Source: Cirrosporium novae-zelandiae
Lineage: Eukaryota
DNA length: 20,000 nucleotides
Assembly (NCBI GenBank): GCA_026023565.1
Contig: JAPETS010000059.1
Coordinates: 110,817 to 130,816 of the forward strand
Direction: 5' to 3'
Both the position numbers and the translations under genes were made by a program. Every line of letters begins with the position of its first letter. Positions within the stretch are counted from its first letter, which is position 1. Below, in pieces: positions 11,022-20,000 of the stretch. The notes under the pieces are model-generated. The model was not told the origin of the DNA. It saw only the letters and a program-made list of their open reading frames with translations, and searched no databases.

Positions 11022-12282
11022 TCGTCAGAAGTGGCTAACGTTGATCTGATTGACATCTCAGCACTACAGTGTATGCCTATCAAACGCTATAGCTCCACGA
11101 GCCATAAAGTCAAAATAAGAGAAAAAATACCATGAGTAGAAAACTCCAATTGATGGTATCGGTAGTTAGTTAGATATAGTTAGTATTGTTGCTTCAGGGC
11201 TCAGACGGTGGAGGATTAGCCTTAGGTTACTAACATGGACTCGTTTTGGAGAACCTCCAATCGTCCGCGCTCGTTGAACCTTCTCCGGACAGTGGGTAAA
11301 TTATCTAGGGTTGGACTGATTCTCATGTCTCCTTGCGCCATAGGTATTAGACATATATCTCCTAGGGTCACCGCATATTAAACACTAAACTGCCCAGCAC
11401 TCAGCCTAACTGGCTTCTTATACACTTCCATATCTCTCTGGATTATATCTTTGGCCCGGATGTTTGCCACCATCGAATTCATGCTTAATCTTTCCTCGTA
11501 TGCGAAGGTTTTGGGGAGGCCCGATATCGCATGCCCCCAGATATGAATGTTCCCTCGCTCTCGTCCTCGCAGTCGTCCTCGCAGCTAGTTAGCTAATTAG
11601 CGGTAACAAAGTTATTTCAGGATAAGACTCTTCCAGGGACTCGGGGATAGCTAGTGATGGATAATCACAATCTCGTCGGCATGATTGTAGTCTCTAGAAG
11701 AAGCGGCTTCGTATGTAGCCATCAAGGTGGGAACAGAGGCATTAGGGCTGCGAGCAAGACACCTTGGAGATTTGTGCTGATTGCTATGTAGATTCGGTGT
11801 CTGGTAATCAACTTTCAATTGTTTTAACGGGATTGCAATGTCCAATCTTGTACTACAGCCAGACAAAGGTGTTGTAAAGCCTTGAAAAGAGCTTGGACTT
11901 GGTGGGGCCACGTTTACTTCTTTTCACCGAAAACGAAAAAGCTTGCTGTATAAAATCCGGGGAAATGCAAACAGTACAAATATTCAACACTGAATATCAA
12001 CGTACCTAGAGAGTTATTCAGGTCTTGTTGAGACTCGAGAGAAACATGTCGGGGATTATTCCAAATAACGATGGATTAACTTTCAATTCATCCAAGTGGT
12101 CAAGCCTGAATACATAACCTCCACAATTGTTATCCTTCTAATTTGGCATCCAGTTTGCATTAGGCACTGAAATAATTCATAACTGTGCATCCCTCATTTA
12201 CTGGATGCATCGTATTCGGCATGACTAGAACTCCAATGAAAGACACATTATTACAATAATTAATGACTAATAATACCTCTAG

Positions 12283-13218
12283 AAGCTCCCTCCTCAATGC
12301 CGAATGAAAAGTCTACACCGACGCAGTCCTCAGCTTCCAAGCCCTCACCTCTCAGCTAAACTCCACTGAAGTCCTCGGCACTAAATCCCGATATGATGGC
12401 TTTGCTGTTGTCTATATTAATATGACACTACACACATCCATCTCAACCGTTTCTATCTTCCTTGGCACCGCAGCTGTATTTACCTATACGAGAAAGCCTT
12501 GCAAACGGAATACGGCAATGCTATGACACGTCGTGAGTTATAGACCTATCCACCCTTATAATCGACCAGAAGATGGGTCATGACATCATCAGCTACTGGG
12601 GCTGGCCTCTCTGAGCTATGAACCTGACCGCCTCCTCCATCTTTGACGGTTCTGAATATAGCATGTCCAGCGATGGAGCTTGGAATGCAAGTGAAGTCAA
12701 TGTTACAGTTGGCTATAACATCTATCTCCCCCATGGGAATGGTGATGGCTGTGTCTTTCGGGTTCGGCACTAGCTTCACGGTGAATTGCCAGGTCACTGA
12801 GCTGTACAAACCAGACTGTAGTGGATTATCTCATCAAAACCCAACAACAATGGATAAATTTCAAGACATTATGCCGGAAGATGGGGAATCTTGAACCTCG
12901 GAGTAGACGGTGGAGGTTACTCTCTATGGGTATAATTGGCAGCGACTCTTATAGCGCCCACAATATCCAGCTCTCTATTTGCACCATGCAACGATTAGTT
13001 CTGTTTAGACAATTTGGCAAGCAATTGACCCACTCACTGGACAATATGCACTCTTTGGAACGGGGACATGTCTGGATACTCCATCAAGGCTCAATGTCAC
13101 CTTGACAGATAATATGATCTGGAGATGGGGAAGATGGGGAGTACTTGGTGGAGAAGACGGCATTTTCAAAGGCATGATAAGCGTCACGGCAGGACCCTTC
13201 TGCATTAAATATGAATGG
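12283..13218 (+). pseudogene. Tyrosinase-family (type-3 di-copper) pseudogene with stops, frameshifts and an internal deletion
   Basis: Stitched translation: E*KVYTDAVL...GTKSRYDGFAVVYINMTL/IHLNRFYLPWHR...YEKALQTEYG | intron 12533-12592 | YWGW...SSIFDGSEYSMSSDG...LPHGNGDGCV/FTVN...FQDIM/NLGVDGGGY/YPALYLHHATI..V*TIWQAIDP..QYALFGT.T.LD.P...NVTLTD...GVLG...MISVTAGPFCIKYE. This follows the fungal tyrosinase consensus in order. Stops include 12305-12307 and 13006-13008. Confidence 0.9.
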
Positions 13219-13290
13219 CAGCTTTCTAGTATATAAAGGGGATACGAGTAGATACATAGACTTACTATGGTAAAATTAATGAGGCATTTG

Positions 13291-14057
13291 CTAAGCGTAC
13301 CCCAAAGTATTTAATCGTAGTCTCTGGAAATCCGTGTATCCGTAGCAGCCCACTCTGGTTTCCCTAAGCGACCAAGACAACTTCTTTGTCTCCTGAAACG
13401 AAACATAGGAAAATAGAAGTTCAATCAATTCTCTTACCGCACATACATTCAGACAATAACCAAAGTCAGTATCCACGAGATCACGTTCCTATGGTTCGAC
13501 ATGGAATTTTTCCCAAAGTGGTCAATGCTTCGTTTGGGGCAGACTCCTTGAGAACTCGAACATTCTCTGAATTGAAATTTCCTATGCTCTTTGCTTCTAT
13601 GCTTGGTCCTTAATTTGCAATCGATTAGACCTCATAATTCTCGGCTTCTGGCGCATTTCCAATTAACAGTACCCAGTATTGTCCAACAGGATAAGTAGTC
13701 ATTGCAGAATGAATGTCGTTGCCTATCCGCCACCAAAGTTACAGTATCCTCTGATAAATTTCGACAAAAATAATATATGATGGGTTTACCTTCATCTAGA
13801 AACCGATGCGAATAGCACTACTTGAAAGAGTGATGTGTTGTGTTATGGCACAGACGTTCCATCAACCTTTCGCGTATCCTAATCCTGCCAAGATATGGAA
13901 AAATATAGAAGTCGGCTAGCCACTTTGGAAAGCTGAACATACCTAGGCACCGTTCAAGGCTAACTATCATTGCAGTGTTTAGGTCTCCAGGATGTTTCAG
14001 GCATTCTCGTGCACAAGGATCCACCCTACCCCTATCTTCCGGAATCCAGAACCTCAA
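13291..14057 (-). pseudogene. Possible degraded spliced gene of unknown family
   Basis: Intron-like segments on the minus strand: GTAAGA donor at 13437 to a polypyrimidine-CAG at 13393 (45 nt), and a GTATGT donor at 13942. Protein-like fragments are broken by stops (PLWEKFHVEP*ERDLVDTDFGYCLNVCA). No family recognised. Confidence 0.3.
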
Positions 14058-14141
14058 CCTTTAGGTATCTCAAATTACCAGTCTCCGGTCTCATTATCTC
14101 AGTCAGTGAAGCGACATCTAGTAACACATCACCATCGCCAG

Positions 14142-14850
14142 ATGAACCAAAAAGGCCCTTAGCCCCTTCTCATAACAAAAGCGAAACCTCGCAGCATTCT
14201 AATCAACAACGATGGTTCGAGGTTTGACGGATTGTACATCAGGACAGCCGACCGACCTGACGAGATCGAAAAATACAAAGTAAAAAGCAATCTATAATGA
14301 GCTGGGTGGACTGGATTCCTGACAGTACTTCCCCGAAGAGAATTCACATCCACATCTTTGGTAAGCGTTACGGATTGGAAATAGCAGCATTGGTGATGAA
14401 GGCTGCCTCAAAACGCCGTACTTGGTGGTTTAAATCTGGGATATTACTCGCTGTCTAACAAGGCCTTGGACAACATCACGGGAAGGAGTGAAAATAACAG
14501 TATCCAGTAAATGATAGGAGCTCCGCATAAATACTACGAAGCAATTCGCCGTTAAAACAGCCATGTCGATTACGTATTCCAGCCATGGCCCATGGGCCGA
14601 TGATCGAATCATCTGCAACAACGCCAGAGATGAAAACTTTGGTCAGGCCATTAGCTAGATTATCAAAGACAAAGTCAGCCACGTAGATCTCGACAAGGAT
14701 CTAGAGGATTCAAGCCTTGCTATATGGATGACATGGGATACAGAACAGAAGAGGAAACGTCATTATATGATGACAGCTGGGCGCAAGAATATTTCATTGC
14801 CTCGGAGGGATATAGGCAAAGTCTACCGAAGGCCAAGGATGTGACGTGAG
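14142..14850 (+). pseudogene. Possible frameshifted coding relic of unknown family
   Basis: Protein-like stretches alternate among the three + frames (PQNAVLGGLNLGYYSLSNKALDNITG; SHGPWADDRIICNNARDENFGQAIS*IIKDKVSHVDLDKDLEDSS; DDMGYRTEEETSLYDDSWAQEYFIASEGY). No homology recognised. Confidence 0.35.
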
Positions 14851-15622
14851 GATTGCTGCTCTCCCAGATCCCACCATCCCTTGCCTTATGGTTGGGCTCC
14901 GAGCGTGGACCTGACCGTTATGCAGTGTCGGTATTCTCCTTCTCTACTAGGACTTCATCTTCATAGACCACACAGATCCGGTATTATCTGAGCCCTTCCC
15001 GACATGGTCTCCCTATATTTTCAGGTTTCTCTGGCAACCGTATTCGGGATGGTTTGGTTAGACTTGATAGGACCTTTGGACAAAAAGGAAAGTTTGTTGG
15101 CTTAATGAGTGTCGTTATATATTGTGGCGAAGGGCTATAGCGTTTAGATAAGATGAGCAAATTTTGGGTTGATTTATTTACTCTGTACAATGGCGATTAG
15201 CATCAAGGTACCCCAATTGGATATACCAGCTTATAACCATAGTGACATTGGATGTTCCACGTCAGTTAGCCGACAATGGTCAATCCTAAGAGAGATAGCT
15301 TTTTCCGTCATGCAAGAATTCTGAATGCTGGGTCAACCACGTATTGTGGTGGGGTTTAGTAGTGGGGCCAGAGCCTTAGTTTCATAAGCCTCAATGTTTA
15401 GATATCTTGATGAGGATATAGAGCCTTGACTCCCCTTGGCTGGAAGATCAAACGCCGGGTGAATTTGAATTTGAGGTTGAATGTAGTCATACCTAACGTG
15501 TAGAGTGAAGTTTTGGTAAAAAAAAGACAAGTGGGAATTTACTTTGGCTTTCAGGGTCATAGCTTTTTGTTTCTCTCTTGGAGACTCCGTTGCATCCAAA
15601 CAACAAACACCTTGCATAAAGT

Positions 15623-15668
15623 ACCAGCACAAAGCACCAGCACAAAGCACAAGCACTCAAGCACAAAA
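15623..15668. repeat. AGCACAA-based minisatellite (ACCAGCACAAAGC x2 plus degenerate units)
   Basis: accagcacaaagc accagcacaaagc acaagcactcaagcacaaaa read directly. Confidence 0.7.
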
Positions 15669-16399
15669 CCTTATAAGGCTTTAGACTTTCCGGCCCGGCC
15701 CGTTTGTGAAAACCAGGATTGGACAATCAGATAATCTTTGGCTTTTAATCTAACCATTGGAAGGAATTTTCTCTTCAATATCCTTCCTACGTAACCTTAC
15801 TACTCTACAAGTCTCATGACACTCTCTGCTTATAGTCCTCAAAAACAATATCAAATCAATTCTATGGTAAAATGATTATCATGATTCTTGGCAAAACATG
15901 ATTGTTAAAAGTTTCAAGCCAAATGTTAATAATGCTCCCAAACGAGCGTTGGCTTGGAGTCTAAGGTCGACTGGTCTTCTCCAGAACTCCGTCCGTTGTG
16001 GAGTTGGTTTAAAGCACTTGAACGCCTATCAACCTCAGTGCCAGCACAACGAATGTGCACAGGCAGTAGGCGATGAAACTTTACATTCTCTTTAGCGGGT
16101 CGATGAATCTTCAACTATGATAAAAATGGGAGATTGCCCACTTGCTTCAGTTGTGTTTTCTTCTTTATTCGTTGAATTACCAAATAGCGGTCTGGGATGT
16201 TGATCTTTCTAAACATTGATATTCGAACCACTCCCGACAAACCGTGAACTTCTACTCCCTCTTGCGCTAGCGTATCTTCCCAGCTGGCTGGGAGTTAAAG
16301 AACTGCTCGAATAGTCCATCTTGTTATAGCTCTTCTTCTATCAAGTACCTCTTCTACCTCTTCTTGCATCTTTGCGACCTGCGTTCCCTCTTCGTCATC

Positions 16400-17359
16400 A
16401 TGCGGTCTTTTCTCTGCGTCAGCAAGTTCTTCAATCAAAATATATACCGTTCAAGACAAAGCCAACTTGCGAGCGGTATAGTTTCTCGTCTTTTGCCATC
16501 TTTCGGGAGCTTTCGCCCATTTATGCACTCTGCCTCCGCTCTGGGATCCAGGATATTGACAGAATTTGAACATGGCTCTTCCACATCATGCTCCTGCACT
16601 GAATGCAACTACAAGACCCAGTCTGAGTCTGATTCTGATGTCGACATGGACGCCGTCTTCGGCCATCTATATATCTTAAGCCAGTCGGGAAGCTCTGAAA
16701 CGCCCAAAGTGGAAGCCGGATACGATTCTGGATGGTTTCACGATGAGCGTGAATGCTATGTAAAAGAATGGGGACCAGATTCGGAGGCAAGAATGGATAT
16801 CCAAAGATGGGTCGATGGCATTGTGGAGGATGCCGAGCCAATATCGCCAACACCCTACGTCTTTCTAGCATCGAAGGAGGATTTGCACACGATAAAATCG
16901 AATTGGTATTGTGATCTGCAGCCTGTCAGATTGGGAGAATGCCACCATCCCTATGGTAGTCAAAGTGCTGGAAAATCGGATATTCCGGAAGAACAGGAGG
17001 ACGGGGAACCCAGTGATGACTCCCTGCGCTACGGTACCACGGACAACTGTGACGAAGATAGCCAATCCACGTCTTTCCTGTCCGCATTAGAACACAGCTA
17101 CAACAGCAGCTCAGGCTCCTCTTCAAATACACCATCCTCCAAATCGACGCCTCCTTTGACGCCAACATTCGACCCAAGAACCCTTCAGTGCCAAGAATGT
17201 CATCAAGATCCTTCATGCCAAATCAAAGAATGTCCAACCCACTCATGCTCCCCAACGTTGGGGATGCCCGCGCTCAGCCTCGAGAAGACCGACTCGGGAG
17301 AGTACGCCTATGCTCATAAAGCTACTTACGAACCTCTGAAGATTGTGCTGGCATTTTGA
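16400..17359 (+). CDS. Hypothetical (orphan) protein, 319 aa, Ser/acidic-rich with Cys clusters
   Basis: Uninterrupted 960-nt frame from the ATG at 16400, with a CT-rich leader upstream and an AT-rich trailer downstream. Contains CSCTEC and CQECHQDPSCQIKECPTHSC. No recognisable domain. Confidence 0.6.
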   Translation: MRSFLCVSKFFNQNIYRSRQSQLASGIVSRLLPSFGSFRPFMHSASALGSRILTEFEHGSSTSCSCTECNYKTQSESDSDVDMDAVFGHLYILSQSGSSETPKVEAGYDSGWFHDERECYVKEWGPDSEARMDIQRWVDGIVEDAEPISPTPYVFLASKEDLHTIKSNWYCDLQPVRLGECHHPYGSQSAGKSDIPEEQEDGEPSDDSLRYGTTDNCDEDSQSTSFLSALEHSYNSSSGSSSNTPSSKSTPPLTPTFDPRTLQCQECHQDPSCQIKECPTHSCSPTLGMPALSLEKTDSGEYAYAHKATYEPLKIVLAF

Positions 17360-18278
17360 ATGTGAATGAAAAACGATGAGATGTCAAGCAAAGGAAATAA
17401 GCGCGGAGTTGGTGGTGTTATATATCGAATATTTGAATTGACGATGGAAATGTTGTAAGCTTTGGACACATGCATGTATGGTATTTGGGGGTTTGTTTGG
17501 CTGGGTGTTCTGGTTCGGGCGCGGTGCACAACCACCTTGATTGCATCGACATGCATCAAGAACTTGCTCTTTTGTGAATGTGGTTGAAGTTTTTTGAAAG
17601 ATACCACCCTATGGATCACTTCTTCTTTTGTCCCATGATTCATGCTTTGAAGAGAAAAAAAAAATGACCTGGGTGGAGTTGATGATTGATTGCATTTATG
17701 TTTTTTTTTGCTTCTTGAATGAATAAATATAGTATTACGTCATTTGATGCATGGTTCCTTTTTACAAGGGTTTTGGTTTAATATTTTAGTTTCCTGATGA
17801 AAAGCGAGCGTACCTTTTGCATTTGGTAGATATAGATATTGATGATGTTGAGTTTATAAAGTATAGTTGATGATTATTAACTTTCAGGGGACAGCCGAAA
17901 CCTCCAGGCACGAAAATAATAATCGATAATCGATGGTTTTTGGAGGATGCACAGTACTACATACAAATGGCACGCAACACCATAGCATAGCCATACTATC
18001 TTGAAGAAAAACCACTGCCCTTGGATAATTAATTCCTATCTTCTTCCACCATCCTAAACTCATCTCTCCAATTTTTAATTCATATCCCCATCCATCAAGA
18101 GAAAAAAACAAAAATAAATAAATAACTTGTTAAAAAGGGCACACGACACCACAACTTCAACACCACCACCACAAACAGATCGCCCCAGGGGTTTTTTTTA
18201 CAAGTACAAGGTAACTGTAACTTGAGTACCTGACCGACTCCCTCGGTCTAATCAGCGGGGGGCTGGCTCTAGCTGGGC

Positions 18279-18305
18279 CAAGCAAACAAGCAAACAAGCA
18301 AACAA
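18279..18305. repeat. (CAAGCAAA)3 tandem repeat
   Basis: Read directly from the sequence. Confidence 0.8.
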
Positions 18306-18821
18306 AGAAAAGGCCAAGACTAATTACCTAGGTAGTCTAGTACTAGCCAAAGGAGGACCGGTGTTGTTGCCCCTGTTAGACTAATTATCCATAATTAGCC
18401 TAATTATTAAAACTACTCTGACTCTTACTCTCCGTATGTAGACCGCCACGACCGACTTTGCTTATCTTTTGCCTATTGAACGACAAGTAGTTACTACTGT
18501 AAGTCCCTGAATCCCTTAACATAATTATCGTACTAAAATATGACGACTTCAAGCCATTAAACTCAAGTATATGTACATGTACATGTGCATGGCGCGATAA
18601 CCACGTGATTTTATCGTCCAGTCTCCTTTGAATACTTCTAGTCTAATTCTTGAACGACGAAAAACATAAAAGTAGGCCTTAGTTGTACTATACACAACAT
18701 AGATAAGTAAATCCTTTTTGATCAGAATCATAAGAAAAAGAAAGAATATTGACCTTTGAATAAAGTCCCTAGGTAAGTAAGTGAGATATAAATCTTTCAA
18801 ATATAATTAATCGGAATGATT

Positions 18822-18841
18822 AAATCAAATCAAATCAAATC
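18822..18841. repeat. (AAATC)4 microsatellite
   Basis: aaatcaaatcaaatcaaatc read directly. Confidence 0.8.
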
Positions 18842-18942
18842 AACCAAACTCCCATTCTACACTACAGTAATTACCTAACCCAACATCCGAGCTCGAGGGA
18901 GGGAGATTAGGGGACTACTTTTTTTTTCCAAAGTTAATTAAT

Positions 18943-19131
18943 GAATCTAGAAAAGTGACCTTGGAGAGAGAGAGGAGGCCCTCGAAACAAAATCAGTTTT
19001 CAAAAATATTCGCAACTTGGTTTTCATTTGCTCTTTAGAACTTTGGTGGAGGCTTTTTAAATCGAAATTTTTTATTAAAAAAATTGGTTTTAAAGGGCCT
19101 TCCCAAGGTCACTTTTTTTTTTTCTAGATTC
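18943..19131. mobile_element. MITE, second copy of the CTAGAAAAGTGACCTTGG family
   Basis: The left end GAATCTAGAAAAGTGACCTTGG pairs with the right end CCAAGGTCAC-T(11)-CTAGATTC. It shares the 18-mer CTAGAAAAGTGACCTTGG, GGAGGCC..CAAAATCA.TTTTCAA and AAAAATTGGTTTT..GGCCT with 10835-10987. Confidence 0.85.
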
Positions 19132-19310
19132 TGTTACGGATGCCAAGCCACATGCATGTGACCCTAGGTCACATGACCCACTGTATATAGATCTGTGGTT
19201 TCTGTTAAGGATCTCGGAAGATGCCGTGCCAAGACTAGATAGTATAACTAGTATATTTTGGATAAATTTAATAAAGAACGATACACAAAATCACAGCTGG
19301 TAGCATGACA
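19132..19310 (+). repeat. Putative 5' LTR (179 bp) of a Ty3/gypsy retrotransposon
   Basis: Starts TGTTACG and ends CATGACA (imperfect TG...CA inverted ends). TATA-like TATATAG near 19184 and AATAAA at 19270-19275. Lies upstream of a gag-like ORF. The partner LTR is outside the window, so the 3' boundary is inferred. Confidence 0.65.
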
Positions 19311-19605
19311 AAAAGATAGACTGAGCACGACAAAATTCTACTGCCGTCAGGCGGTTGATAACCGCTATTCCGCGGAAGATTAAGTAGATTAATCCTCTAT
19401 CTACTCTTGCGGAATAGGATTGCGGATATCAACTGCCCAGTTTACGATCTTACTCTAAAAATCCCCGTTAGAGGATAAGTAGCATCCGCAGAAAATAATA
19501 TACTGTGGAACAACAACAACAACAAATTTCTTCTTTATTTGATTACCATTATCTACTAGTTACGATAAACTTATTCTTTGACATACTTGATTACGATTCG
19601 CAAAA

Positions 19606-20000
19606 ATGAATCCTATATTTTCTCTAGAAGCATCCGGCAATCAATCGAGACAACCCTCGCCGCAAAAACAACTAACAGAAACGCAATTGTTAACGGAACA
19701 AATGTCTACATTCGCAGCAGATACGGAAACAAAATTCAAGATTCTAGAAACAAATATACAACGGCAGAACAACAACTTCGGACAGATGATACAAGAAATG
19801 AAACAGTTTACGGAATTCATGAAAAAGGTTGCGGATGAGAAACCTAAACCTGGTACGAATCAACTACAGGAACCTAGGACGGATTATCCGCAAAAGCTTG
19901 AAACAGATATCGATCAAGATACGGAGATGAAAGGTACAACAAGTGGACCTCGTTATATCAAACGTAAAGAACCAAATGCTTTCACCGGCATGCGGAAGAA
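19606..20000 (+). CDS. gag: Gag-like polyprotein N-terminus (partial, 131 codons, not in the ORF track)
   Basis: MNPIFSLEASGNQSRQPSPQKQLTETQLLTEQM...FGQMIQEMKQFTEFMKK...PRYIKRKEPNAFTGMRK. A coiled-coil-like N-terminus is followed by a K-x3-P-x2-F-x-G motif typical of the start of the Ty3/gypsy capsid. No stop before the window end. Confidence 0.75.
   Translation, partial: MNPIFSLEASGNQSRQPSPQKQLTETQLLTEQMSTFAADTETKFKILETNIQRQNNNFGQMIQEMKQFTEFMKKVADEKPKPGTNQLQEPRTDYPQKLETDIDQDTEMKGTTSGPRYIKRKEPNAFTGMRK

Larger units (their letters stand above)
19132..20000 (+). mobile_element. 5' part of a Ty3/gypsy-type LTR retrotransposon, truncated by the window edge
   Basis: LTR-like unit, about 300-nt leader and an open gag-like frame running to the end of the window. 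Confidence 0.75.

Noticed and set aside
11561..11584. (TCGTCCTCGCAG)2 tandem duplication
   Set aside because: A real but isolated slippage duplication with no further structure.
12546..13205. ORFs 12546-12809(-), 12643-12894(+), 12821-13105(+) and 13005-13205(-) as separate genes
   Set aside because: Explained as off-frame or antisense fragments of the tyrosinase pseudogene.
18321..18779. TAATTACCTAGG / CCTAGGTAAGTA as TIRs of a 460-bp element
   Set aside because: Only 11/12 bp, built on the self-complementary CCTAGG motif common in fungal intergenic DNA. It does not extend and has no TSD.
10500..19130. RiPP precursor, CRISPR-like array or tRNA/rRNA genes
   Set aside because: No KR/RR-delimited repeated core peptide, no regularly spaced repeat-spacer array and no recognisable structural RNA gene found by eye.
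19578..19838. 86-aa ORF MTYLITIRK...
   Set aside because: TTG-started alternative frame overlapping the gag-like frame that starts at 19606.

Overview
Filamentous ascomycete (Pezizomycotina-like) genomic DNA with short GT-AG introns and CTAAY branch sites. The left half is a core-gene block. It holds the 5' exons of an unknown gene running off the left edge, a 4-exon S-formylglutathione hydrolase, a 4-exon separase (Esp1/Cut1/BimB, about 2147 aa) and a divergently transcribed 2-exon DUF5321-like, probably mitochondrial, gene. The right half (from about 10.5 kb) is an accessory or decaying region. It contains a frameshifted tyrosinase (di-copper) pseudogene that the ORF track misses, further coding-like relics, an orphan Cys/acidic ORF and two copies of a CTAG-bounded MITE, one nested inside a second palindromic element. 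The window ends in the 5' part of an apparently intact Ty3/gypsy LTR retrotransposon (LTR, structured leader, gag start) that abuts the second MITE. I see no clear novel multi-gene system. The most notable items are the nested MITE family, the decayed tyrosinase locus and the retroelement's non-tRNA-type priming region.
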